A stretch of DNA of 64,000 nt from Paecilomyces variotii (lineage: Eukaryota), in NCBI GenBank assembly GCA_004022145.1, contig RCNU01000004.1; one strand, 5' to 3'. Position 1 is the first letter of the stretch; each line of letters opens with the position of its first letter. Below, piece by piece: positions 40,768-52,886 of the stretch. A program made the position numbers and the translations under genes. The notes under the pieces are model-generated. The model did not search any database and had not been told where the DNA came from. It saw nothing but the letters and a program-made list of their open reading frames with translations.

Positions 40768-41070
40768 ATGGCCCCGACGCGACGCTTACTCAACGGTCGG
40801 GAAATAGCCAACGCTCTCGAGCGCTGTGGATGACCAAAGCAATATCCTTCACGCGCTGGCTTACCATGACGAACTAGTCAGATTTCTCAAGCATTTGTAG
40901 AGAGCAAGAGAAAGACCATTGAGGCTTTAACAGTAGTCCACCTCGTCAGGGTGAAGGAATGGCTACGGGGAAGTTTCCTGTGTCCCCATTGAGATCCATC
41001 AGTCAGGCGAGAATCCAAACAAAAAGTCATCATGCGTTTCCCTCTTCCATTCCGGATCGGCGCGAGGCCT
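40768..41070 (+). pseudogene. Decayed N-terminal fragment of a fungal aminoglycoside-phosphotransferase-like (APH/PKL) gene
   Basis: Across frameshifts: MAPTRRLLNGREI / DDQSNILHALAY / RKTIEALTVVHL..KEWLRGSF.C.PIEI / KVIMRFPLPFRIG, the typical N-lobe of this family; multiple stops and deletions. Confidence 0.65.
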
Positions 41071-41238
41071 TCCGTCCTCTGAATAGGAGACATTCCAAAG
41101 TCGAGTTCGTGATATGCACCTGCTGATGTTTCCTCCACTGATACTCAGGATGCTCAGTCCGCATAAAGGACTTTCAGGCTCAGATAGTACATATAGAGTA
41201 GACTCCAACAACGTGGCTCTGCAGGCTTCGAGTTCTAC

Positions 41239-41240
<2 letters not shown>

Positions 41241-41280
<40 letters not shown>
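41241..41280. repeat. A40 homopolymer
   Basis: Direct read of sequence. Confidence 0.95.
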
Positions 41281-41282
<2 letters not shown>

Positions 41283-41381
41283 TCTGAATATCAACTCTAG
41301 CCGGAGCAGTGGTCTTTGTGGGGTATTAGTTAATGGCATCATCACCACCGTTGCTCAATGTTATCAAAGGAATCAGCAGGA

Positions 41382-42902
41382 TTATAGGTATTTTTCGTAG
41401 CCTACGCTGTCGCTAAAGTGACATTCCTCATAGTCTGGCAATGCCCATTTTCCCATCCATTCACATTTTAGAACATCATGTGCAGTCAACCGCTTCTCTG
41501 GCTCAAAAGATAGCATTGACCGCAACATGTTCATAACAGCAGCTTTCTCCTCTGCATCAAATGCCGGGATTGCAGCCTTCTGCCGTGGGAGTTGGATGTG
41601 CTTTTCAATGCGTTCATCCCAAGACCTCACTTGTCGACCTTGATTTGGTTTTCCGCTTTCATCGAAATACTCGTGTCTCGCCTCCCAATTCTTCTGCCAC
41701 CGTAGAGGTAATTGCCCTAGAGTGTCAACCTGCTCCGCTGTGATGTCGTCCGGAGTGGCTAGTATGTCCTCGAACAAGGGACGCTGACCGAGTATTACCC
41801 ATATAGAACATGCAAGAGTCCAGATGTCAGCTGGGAAGGAAAGACCCAGTTCTGGCTCAAATCGGGCTTCAGGCGGCATGAAGGATAGAGGGGCGTGCGA
41901 GCTATACCGATGCTCTGTTGAGGGTCGGTATGCCTCCCCAAAATCACTAAGTAAGACTCTAGATTCTGAACTCGTGAATTCCTCCGAGGCTTTTCCAAGC
42001 CAGATCGGAAGGACAACACTAGATGGAACGTTAGGCTGGAGGGGTTGACCGTCAAGACGAACAACTGGCTCAGACACAGGCGGACCGTATCTTTCATATA
42101 GCTGCTCAATAGACAGTTGGTCAAAATCGGTCGGGAGACGCAGAAGGATATTGCCGACGTGAAGATCTGATGTAGAGAACTATATTAACGGACGACTCTG
42201 AAATACCTAAGATATGAAGGACTTACCTCCATGAACGACTCCTTTACTATGAATGTAATCGACAGCCAGTACAAGTTGCATAACAAGAGAACGAGCTGTC
42301 TTAGCCTGAAATATACGTCGATACGATCCGTCCTTAGCACCGGAGATACTACACCTTGCTAGGGCTGTCACATAGCAAGAGTGGTTGCCGTTAGGGCCAC
42401 GGAGGACGAATCTGTCTTGAACGGAGGGTATCATTGCCCTTCCAGGGTGGTCAAGTGGGGAAGAGTGATTGAGATAATCGAGGACATCCACCTCTCGAGC
42501 GCTTGACTCTGCAGTTCCAACCTTGACTGCCACATATTTACCAGACTGGCAGTCTTGGCAGAGCCAGGTGGTTGAATAGGTTCCGTAGCCTAGCTTGTGG
42601 GCTACACGGTATCGGGATTGCAGAATATCACCTATCATTATAGGGTGATATCCACCAGGCTGGTACTTTTCGAGTCTCTCGACTTCTTCGACGGGTACGT
42701 ATTCGAAGGGGAGGGGAGCAGAGTCAGCGCTGGATGAGACATTCTTGAAAGCCATGCTCGATCTGAATGCACGCCGCCCAACAACAGAACGTCTCCAAGA
42801 GCAAGGATAGCAAAGTGACAAGGACAGCGTCTGATGGAGCTGAGATGTGAAGCCTTGTCGATGAGCCCAGAGCAAGTTTTGTAACCTGATCGGAAAAGCC
42901 AT
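41382..42902 (-). CDS. SRPK/Sky1-like serine/threonine kinase; exons 42902-42227 and 42166-41382 (start codon uncertain)
   Basis: YQPGGYHP, HKLGYGTYSTTWL, VAVKV, VVHG|DLHVGNILL, LSDFGE, PPEARF, ADIWTLAC. Confidence 0.9.
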
Positions 42903-43335
42903 TACCAAGGAATTAGATTCAGCAAATGATCAAGCAGCAGTCCTAATAAATACACCCACCACAAAATCAGACACAGAAGCAGCAAAGTTCCCAGCTGCCA
43001 GCTTGTTGCAAGGTCTTTGACTTGGTAGGAGATATCTCCCAGTGTCTCACTTAACACGTGAACTTAAGTAAACCATCACAGCGACCATGTCCCAACGGTT
43101 ACAGTAAAGCAGTGGCTAGGGGATGGACTAGCAAAATACTTGGTTTGGCCAATCGTGATAAAATGCCTGGGGCAAATCAAAACATGCGTGTTGCAAGTAA
43201 ATACAGGCATCTCTATAATTTCGAGCAACGGTCTTTAAAACCCTGTACATGGAGGTCTGCCAGCAGTGCAGCACATACAGATGCTCATAGTTCATGCAGC
43301 CTTTCAATCGCACGGTTTCCCCGAAGTCACCCTAT

Positions 43336-43995
43336 CTACTCGAAATAGCGCTGATCCGGCACAACGCCAAGCGCTATCGTGATGCGATTAGAATGATTAA
43401 ACCATGCAATAGTCTCGATTGCCTCGAGAATCTCCTCATCCTGAAAGCCGATGTGCCTTAGGTGGTCTAGATCTTTAGCCGATATCTCTCGCGGCGCCTG
43501 CGTCAGTCGCTCAGACAAATCCGCCAGCGCATGCTCTCGCTCGTTCAATTCGACCAGGTGATGGTCTGCCGCGATGCGCTTTGCACGAACCCGGTCGCCG
43601 CCTATCGCGGCGCTGAGGCCAATTGTGTGATTTGCGGTGCAGAGACCACATCGATTCGTCGCAGAGGTCACCACGGCAATAATCTCGCGCTCCCGGAGAG
43701 GAAGCTTTGCGTTCGGATTCGTGAATAAATCCTCGTAGTAAGTGACGAACCGGCGGGCTGTGTCTGGGTTCAGGGAGAAAGCGCGCGTCCAGTTATCGCC
43801 GTGGTGTTGAGCGATCAGCTTTCGCGTCTCCGGGGATAGTTCTGACTCGTCAGGAATTCGAAGGCGCGAGATGTTGCTGATACTTCGGGTTGTTGTTCTC
43901 GAAAGGAGTGCAGTGTTGATTCTGGGAGCGATAGATGAGAGTCGGGATGGTCGCGAATGGAGAAGCATCCGAGCGAGGCTCTGCGGCGATACCAT
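43336..43995 (-). CDS. AhpD/carboxymuconolactone-decarboxylase-family peroxidase-related protein with predicted mitochondrial presequence, intronless
   Basis: EIIAVVTSATNRCGLCTANH (AhpD CxxC core); C-terminal EILEAIETIAWFNHSNRI; first ~45 aa R/S-rich with no acidic residues. Confidence 0.85.
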   Translation of the reverse strand: MVSPQSLARMLLHSRPSRLSSIAPRINTALLSRTTTRSISNISRLRIPDESELSPETRKLIAQHHGDNWTRAFSLNPDTARRFVTYYEDLFTNPNAKLPLREREIIAVVTSATNRCGLCTANHTIGLSAAIGGDRVRAKRIAADHHLVELNEREHALADLSERLTQAPREISAKDLDHLRHIGFQDEEILEAIETIAWFNHSNRITIALGVVPDQRYFE

Positions 43996-44844
43996 TGTTG
44001 TGTACTATGTCGATTTGTATTTCCGTATGGAGGGGGGTAGGTCTAGGTCTGTTCTAGAGGTCAATAATAAATAACAATTTCCTTATGTTCGAGGGTATGC
44101 TCTGGTAGATATAGGTCTGCTCGCATCGTCGTGGGGTTAAAGGACCACGAGACAGAGACAGCCTATCAACGGCTTGTCTTTTCATTGTTGAAAACAAATC
44201 ATCTCCACGGGTTGACAGCTCTGGTTTCATGGCTGGGTTGGCGTTGTTGTTCGGATGTCGTGATTCCCCATCATTGCCTTGTACGGTAAGGAGCTGGTGA
44301 GTGCAAAGAATTGACTTGAATGGCGTCACTGTAAAGGCGTATGCCGGGATTGCTTGTCCCTTCACGCGAAATTAGTACATCGCAACGCAACTAGTTATAA
44401 TACGAGATATCCTCGTCTAATTGCATCATCAAAAATGCCAGATTATCAAGATGATTATCTAGCTCGATAGCTCACATTATAGTACATAGCACCATTGGGT
44501 GGAACCACAGCCAATAAGTAACAGGTGTGGGAGTATCCTGACTAGGTAAATAATGAACTCTTACTGGAGGGATCTTACTATTAGAAAGTCAGTAGAAAGA
44601 CATTTAACGGGGAATCCCTGAGGTATCGTATTCTAGCGGTACCCGCGGGTCAATGAAGTAGGATATTTCTAATATCATTGGCTTCACTCAATATTGTTAA
44701 TATAGAAACCATATGTTGTCGAATAGTTTGATCTTCAGGTAGATTAATATTGCATTATTCGGTCTAATCATAAAATATCTAGCAAACAATATCGTTGTTC
44801 CCCCGCTTACACGTCCATAAACCCACAACTGCATTTATTACACG

Positions 44845-45757
44845 TCAATAATCCTGTCTCAAGCACAGCAATTCCTTCTCTACCAAGCCAGCACTACAGC
44901 TAGCAAATCGCCACCAATTACCCCTCCACCACCCCAGTACATTGACCATATACCATTTCACCGGAGCAGGCAGCGGTGGGAAACTGTCCCATTTCCCATC
45001 CTCGAACTTCGTGTCGAGGTTGTACCATAAAACGGGCAAGACATCTGTTGTTGAATATCTCTGCAAACCATACTGCGTCGTATGGTCGCCAAGAGCCTTC
45101 ATGTCAAAGCTGAATTTGGAAAGTGCAAGAAGGTTCGCTGGTTTGTGGAGCAAATGGCTATGCAACGCTGCACCAAAAGAACCCAGAACTTTGATAAGTT
45201 CAACGCCGCTGTATTTGGATGGTGTAGCCAGACAGGTATCGATGTATGTTTTGAGATTTTCCAACCCGTCGTGAAAAGCAGCTTGTAGTTTATAGTTTGT
45301 TTTTAGCCGATAGATAATAGATAAAGGAGTATGGATTCCGAACGAACTTACCATGCTCTTGGATATCCGTATCCATAATCCCCTTGGCGCCAGTAGCTTC
45401 TTCAATTCCAGGGAATAAGACGCGCTCGTCGCTATCATGATGGCCTATCACGAACTCATACCATGCGTGAGAGTAACGCAGGAAATCATGTACATCGGCG
45501 GGTTTCACGTGGAGAGCTTGGAGGTATATGCTATTGTAGCCGCGGAGAATAATGTTGTGAACAAGCGCCATATGAGACGCGAACTCGACGAATGGGTCAT
45601 TCTATTATTGAAATTCAAAATAAATGTCAGTTTCAGTGCAATTGATACTTTAGTAAATTGCGACTCTAATGAAGATGCATAAACAAAAACTCACTATATC
45701 AGCGCCCTTACTGGGAGTCGGGATCAGACTCAAAGGGCCAAGCGTAGACGAAGTCAT
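44845..45757 (-). CDS. Hemerythrin HHE cation-binding domain protein, 3 exons
   Basis: MALVHNIILRGYNSIYLQA, GHHDSDERVLFP, QEH|AAFHDGL, C-terminal WWRFASC; canonical introns. Confidence 0.82.
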
Positions 45758-46683
45758 TTTGTTTTCTTCCTGGAATTCGTTTTGCACCCAAAGAGATATA
45801 AAGAAGTATAGGGCCAAAAACTGGAAGATATCTGAGAGGAAGTGACTAAGATAGGATATTAATGATAATACAATAAAAGCTAACTACCTACCTACCTAAC
45901 TGTTGAATACAGAGCGAGCATTGACCGCCCCTAAAAAGCTAAGCATGGCACGCCTGAAAAGCAACCCGCTCAACCGCTTGATGATATGCACGGATAGGGG
46001 CGGAAAAATTAGAAAACAGTAGAGCTGATTGGTGATATGAAACATTGACACGTCCTAGAAGTATTTCAAGCTTCAAGGTATATGGGATAGTTTTGACTTT
46101 GCTGTGCTCGCATGCAGTATTGATCAACCACCGTGAGCGAATCGAAAGTAGGCATGTTCAGCTTATCAGGCGTCAACGCTAAAAAAACACAAGCAGCTGG
46201 CATGTTTTGCTGGAAACTCTTTCGCACGGGTTTATTTTAACATCATTTTAACTTCCATTGTGTGGTGTGGCTGAGCCTATATTTGGCCAACCAGGGAAAA
46301 GGTCGAGGTTGGACAGCAGAGCAAGAAAGGATATGCATCCAGCTCGAATGGGTTGCCGAATCGGGTAAAGTTGAGCTTCGAATGGGTTTCCCGAAGGGGA
46401 AACAAGCTCAATCACCGCTTCTATACAATAATAACGCAACGAAAATCCATCAGGCAAGCAACTAGTATCCGTATAGCCACCTTTTCTCGTATTCAAAAAT
46501 ATTTATAGTGCATATGTAGTGTTTTGGCTGGACCATGTATGATGTGTATGTTGAATCTGGTCGAATATTTATAGGACACGGAATCCTGCCAACAACCAGG
46601 TCAAGGAAGTCCAACGATCTTTTCACTTTCGTCATCGATCTACAGTTCAGATTTTCACTCCTGATATTGATTCTCTGGCCACA

Positions 46684-47344
46684 ATGCGTTCTCCCATCTA
46701 CACAATTCTTGTGCTTTTGATCGCATCTGTGTCGACACTCGCTGCAGTGCCAGCAGCGCCAACTGGTTCCGCAAGCTGCAGATACCCCGACAAAGCTGAA
46801 ATAACCAAGATCTTTACCAGCTTCACCGAAGGAGATTACCCTGGCTTCTTCTCTCACCTCGCACCAAATTTCACCTGGACGATGATGGGCACTCATCCGC
46901 TTGCGGGCCAGTATCACAATGTCACTATCTTCGCCGATAATATCCTACTAAGACTGGGCAATGTATTGCGGACCTCGCCTGCGCCTTCCACGAAACTGCT
47001 CAACGTGATTGGTGGTAACAGTGAATGGAGTGTGCAAGAGGTGTATGGAACGGGCGTTTGCAGGAATGGTGAGTTACCACTGCCATGATATCGAGGAGGG
47101 ACAAGGAGAAAGAACAAGAGGTCGCTGACAACCGGTGTCATGATGTATAGGCCTCAAATATGATAACAGATTCGCATGGGTCACACGCTGGAATACCCGT
47201 GGCGAAATCGCCGAAGTACGATCCTATTTCGACTCCGCACTGGTCGAGAGAGCTCTCAGGGAGAATGAATCTCCTGATTACACTTATACCGACCAGCGGA
47301 ATACTTTGGTGGAGGGTCCTGTGGGCTTGAATTGTCGTTCTTGA
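46684..47344 (+). CDS. Secreted SnoaL/NTF2-like protein, 2 exons
   Basis: Signal peptide; WTMMGTHPLAGQY; CRN|GLKYDNRFAWVTRW...IAEVRSYFDSALV. Confidence 0.85.
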
Positions 47345-47990
47345 GACTATCCTACCCGGCGATCGATGACAAGTTAGCTGCTGTTGGGTCGCCATATTTG
47401 GAGCATCTGTGTATTGAGGGATAGGGACTGCTCACCGTGGTTGAAATAGTATATATGTTCACTTATTCTATTATCTCCACTTGGAGATCGGTTAAGATCA
47501 CCAATATCACAGGGGAAACATTGCGTTCCAATAGCTCTTTTTGCTTTTGAATTATAGGATGTTCGAAGAAGAAGAGAAGTTGCGCAGAAAAGTTAGTTTG
47601 CTTCTGAAATGCCCTGTCGACGCAGTGTCTCCCTCGCTAGTCTGTTAATGTCAGTTAAATTGTATCATAGAACATGTGAGACTGGAAATAGCACTAGAAT
47701 TTGAAGACGTAACTACTCTATGCTCTATCGAAATATCCAGGATAGCATCAATTATCTATCTATGTATTTCCCGTCTGGCAGCAAAGAGGGGAAGAAAATT
47801 CCAAAAAGAAAAACGAAGGAGGGGTATTAATGAATCCGGTAAGTAGGTGGCCGGTGGATCTAAGACATACCTTGCATCTGAGTCATGATTTCTCGACGAG
47901 AAACCCAGAGTATGGGTTCTGTCACTACGTCCATCGCTGGGGCTCTTTGTTGGCCCCTACAAGTTATCATCAAGTTTCGGTCGGATTGCT

Positions 47991-49686
47991 TCACAGCTCG
48001 GTGCTCTCTGATTCCGTGAGAAGAAGCGAGCTTGTCGCTTCTTCTGGGAGATACCTCGGCGCAGGGTCTCTGTCAAACGCCTGTCGTACGCCGATTTCTT
48101 TGCCGATAAAATCCAGTATTCTCGCCGCTTCTTTCTTTTGCGCTGGTAGTGTCGGTTTGAAGATACAAATTGTTGTCAGTGGCCATATGAGCCTGAGGGC
48201 ATCAGAAACTAGTTTCGGCGACTGTTCTCCATTTCGACTAAAATGGTTGATACAGACAGGCACACTATTAAGGATATCCTGTGCCGCAACTCGTATTTTT
48301 CGCACAGAATAGTTTCGTTGTGCCTCGAGGTTGGGCAGAGAGAATCGTTGGGCCGGGTCATGGGTGAGAAAATTGGCAAGAAGATGTAGGAAACGATGGC
48401 CTTTGATCACACCTGATCGTTGGAAATTCAGTACAGGAGGGGCAAGGGAGGCAGGAATGGGGTTGGCCATGAGGAATGCATCATAGTTTTGCTCGGCAGT
48501 CGTAAACTCTGCCACCAAACGGTTGTAGTCACGCGATGCAGCCGAAAAGTCGTGGGAATTAAGGATTTTCAGGATTTTGCTGGCGACTGCACAGGTCCTA
48601 ACGATGAAGAGGGAAACATGGTAAATGTAGCTTTTGCTTGTGTCCGTAACACTTTTAATGACGCCGAGCCATTCTTCTGATTCGGGGGGACACTCGGAGT
48701 TTAGGGAGAGGGCACCGATTTGCTGACATTTGATCAATATCTTTCCAGTGAAATAGAGAGAATGAAGACATACTACCGTGATAAAGGCTAACCAAAACAC
48801 TGCTCGTCCACGTGCAGTATACAGAGGCGTTGTCCCTCTGGCCTTCAAGATACTGTAAAGACCGCGAGAGTGAAGATGCCATGGACTCTGAGCTTGCTCC
48901 CGTCGCAGAGAACCGACCATTATCTATTTATATTACCTTGCTCAGTGCCGAACCAGGTCAGTAGGAATTATCTCACCTCATAATTCGTGAGCATCCAGAC
49001 AGTGAGGAGAATGTCATCTCTGAGCACGCCTTCGCGAGTTTGCAGAGCATGACGAACCGCACGGAGTGTCTTCGTCAGATAATTACTGAGTTCTCGTTGG
49101 GTCTCCAGTTCGGAACCCCGACGACATGAAACTGGGTGACGCAGATTGGCGGTATACGTGCGCGAAAAGAGGTGAGATACCCACACAAGGGGGCTATCTG
49201 ATAAGTGATTCTGGGACAAAGTATCATGATACATGTCTGCGAGGAGCTCAAGCGCAGGACAGATGTCGAGGACAATAGGCACTGAGTAGAGACTCCAGTG
49301 CTCGTAGATGGTCCTGACGTGTGCTGGCTGGGCCACAGCAGTAACAGCCGTAGCCATTTTAACATCATGAACGGTCAATTGGTCCGAGGGGTCAGAACTT
49401 GATGATGCGTGATGAGCGGCCTGCATGGATCTATTCTTCCGCTTCTCAATGGTTGCAGCGTTGGCATTCCGGAACATAAGCTCCTGCTGGTCGCGATATC
49501 CCGGACATGCAACGCCATACTTGATGCATCTCTGACATTCTGGTCGCTGAAGATCACACTAGCAATGGAGGTCAGCAAATATTGGTCTACAACGGGCATG
49601 GGCAAGCTAGCAAAAGCAGATTGAACCTTGACACGGCGCTGGCGACACAGTTGGCAGCCTTGGCTGGGTTTACCAGTGTTGGGCAT
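47991..49686 (-). CDS. Zn(II)2Cys6 transcription factor, multi-exon
   Basis: MPNTGKPSQGCQLCRQRRVK|CDLQRPECQRCIKYGVACPGYRD; downstream W.LHSRGL..ILKARG and LIWPL motifs. Confidence 0.88.
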
Positions 49687-50470
49687 GACGGCGTGACACT
49701 GCTCACGGCAAATGGAAATCCCCTTCCAATGGGAAAGATACAGCAAGGACTGTATTATAAGAACAAGCCTGTGAATGAATTGAATTTAGTGGTCGACAGT
49801 GAATATAGCGACCAGACTTGGTCGAATTAACAGTGCCCAGAGGTTCCTGCAAGCTTTCTAGGCTATTATTGTCGTCTTCTCCCCTTAAGCCGGCGCGGTG
49901 CGGGATCGCCAAGGCCTTGGATCTCCTCCACAATAATGAGAAGGAAATCTTTGACTAGTTGATACAGATCCTGAGGTGCGAGACCCGGAAAGCGGGGTAT
50001 CTAGATAGTTGTGTTGCTGGTCGCTGTGACCTGCTGTACTTATCTCAGCCTACTTAGCCACTTCTCGTGTACGGGTTTCAGTTATGGACATCGAGACAAG
50101 GCAAAACGACTGGTTGTGTACGACGCAGCTAGAATAATGGGGTTAGCCGCTAAGCAAACATCCATCCAATTACACACTGGGATTAGAGGTTGCAATGTTA
50201 TCCATGATTCAATGCCAGTGCAGTTCTCTCCATCGTGTTTTATTCTTCTCGGAGAGCTGAACCTGAAGGACGGCATTCTTCTATAGTGTATTAACTCGCC
50301 AGCTAACAAGAATACTAGGAGTAGGTCTGGGACCATGTAGCCCGAATCAAGTCATTATGGGAAATTCGTAACATGAAAATTTAGTCTTATATAGTCATAC
50401 TACTAACACAGGAGTAGTGTGCAATTCCCTATTGCACACAGTACCGATATTCCATATTCACTTCAGTTCC

Positions 50471-52886
50471 CTACCAAGAGGACGGTCCAAAGGTGGCCCC
50501 AGGAGGAACGGGCTCTTGGACAGCAGTGTCCAGCGCGTCCATGGTGTTCTCAGCGATATTAGTTCCCCACCACGATGGGAAGCTTGTGTTGGTAAGCTGA
50601 AGAGCACAGAAGATCAAAATCGTGCAAAGCATGAGACCGACATCCAGGCCGGCTGACACGATGTAATTGTAGTACATCCACCAACCTCTCCACTTGTTGC
50701 GAATATAAGAGTTGAAGATATAGCCAACAATTCCCCAGCTCAGATAGTTGAGCGGTGTCGCAGGGGGGATCAGCCCTGCGCCTCCGAAAATAATGGGAGC
50801 GTTCAAGTATCGAATCTTGCTTCTGGGGAAAGCCCGGGCACCAAGATAGATGAGAACAGGGAAGATAGCACCGGCGATGAAGAAATACAGGAGCGGCGAG
50901 TAGATACTTCCAGGCGAGAATATACGCGCGGGTCCGATAGCGCCCCAAATAATCGAAGCGTTGAAGAACACTCGTCCATTGGGGCACGTGTAACGGTTTT
51001 TCTGGTCGGATGAACAGACATCTTTGATCGCGCCGAGAGCCCAGTTCATCACGCCGATTTGGACAACAGATGACCACAAGCAACTAACCATTTGGGCCGC
51101 GAAAGTCACACGAGGAGGAATTTTCATGTAGTGGCCTTGTTTCCATTAGCTGACTGGATATCGTCGTGATCATGAGAGGTCACATACCTAGTTTCATGTC
51201 CTGACAGAAGAAGACACCTTGATACATGGTCATATAGCCGTAGGTCTTGAAAAGCATCATAGCCATAGGCTTGCCGGGTTGCATATAACCAACGATGAAT
51301 TCTGTAAGGACGTTCAATCCAATCTGGATATTGGTTGCCCCCTGGATCAGGCCACAAGGAACGAACCAAACACAGGCAATAATCAATGAAACGAAAAACG
51401 CCCACCAAGACAAGTGTGTCGGGTAACCAAGAACGACACCCAAGGCCATTCCGATCATGATAAGAGTGATTGCCGCGTACCACCAGAATGGCACGGTCTT
51501 GAACCTGGCCATCAGGCGCCCGTGAACGTCTTCCTCTTCAGTACCGAAGTTCCTAAACCTAATCCACAATTCAGATCCATGAAACAGGCCTGTGTGAATG
51601 ATAACAGCGATGATTGTGGCAAATGAGAGGCCGTAACATAGAGAAAACGTGGTTGTGAGGAAAAGAGGCGAATAGGACTGGTATTTTTGCAAGTCAAACT
51701 CGTTGTTCGCATTCAGGATTCTGCTCACGTCGTAAGTTGCGCCAGTGTTGTCGTAGCTATTGGAGTCGCTCATTGGAAGATGCTTTCCATAGAAGAGGCC
51801 TGAGTAGTGGATACCAGCAGTGGTGATCCAGTAGAATACGACCATGCCAATGAGAGTGTTGGCAATCGCGTGCCACGGAGCGATCAGGGGGCTGAAGTTG
51901 AACCCAGAGATCTGGGTCCAGTCAAACGTCATGGGGATCAGGGAAAGACCTGTCCAGCCACCGAAGAGCTGGTTGATGACTACATTCTGGGGTTTTATCC
52001 ATGTAACCCATGCGAACACGCTCAGGAAGGGAGCAATGTATCCCGGGAAGAAATACCAGATGAAGGAGCCACACATGACGTACAGGAACAACCTGTATTT
52101 GCCAACAGTCCATCCTGCAACCTTCCTCGGATCCGGCCTGCTGTGATCGTGGAGAGCAGTAAACAAACTGCAATTGATCAGTGTCGATGGCCAGATTAGA
52201 GCCGCAGGAGTCACCAGGAACCGGTGAAAGAAACCCGCAAACCCAAATCCGAGCATTTGAGTTGATATACACATAAAGATTTCGAAGGCCCAGCCGAAAT
52301 TCTCGCCGTAGAAAGCCCGCTGTGCCAGAAGCACATCGGTAGCGTATGCGGCACCACCTCCGAATGTTGCATTCGCCATGATAACAATGACTGCGTGCTC
52401 CTTCTTGGTGAACGGTCCGGGGTTTAGGTTGCAGGGTATGCCGAAGAACTTGAACTCGACTGCAGGCATCCAGTTTGCCCACGCCAAGCCGACTGGATAC
52501 GCAACTACCTGCGCAACATATGAGGGAATGACAATGTACGGCTGGCGCATTGAAAAGAGCATGTTCAAAGCAGACCCGATCGTGGCGAACAACAGACCAA
52601 TCACCCACGCGCGAATCGTATTCGAGTGGCCACCCTCATCGTAGTTAGGAACAGCCGCCCTGACTTCCGGATAGGGAGAGTTCTCTAGCAACTCGTCGGC
52701 AACTTGCACTTGCGCACCCTTGTCTGAGGTGTCAAGAGCCTGGTCAATCTCGTCGACAATGTCGTCCGGAAGATTGGGATCCCAGGCATGTTGCTTCTTG
52801 AGGTTTTTGAGGTGGACTTCAGGAGCTGCCTCATCGGCAATGCCTGTGGCCACTGCCACCGTCGGTTCGGTAGCTTTCTCCTCCAT
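50471..52886 (-). CDS. OPT-family small oligopeptide transporter (isp4/OPT-like); intron 51187-51136
   Basis: SPYPEVRAAV, NPGPFTKKEH, DMKLG|HYMKIPPR motifs; many TM helices. Confidence 0.95.

Larger units (their letters stand above)
37972..41280 (-). mobile_element. Probable derelict Starship (3' end in 5S rDNA); right boundary unknown and may extend further
   Basis: Split 5S gene at the boundary, DUF3435-like C-terminal relic, APH-like pseudogene and FTA2-like gene clustered within 3.3 kb. Confidence 0.6.
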
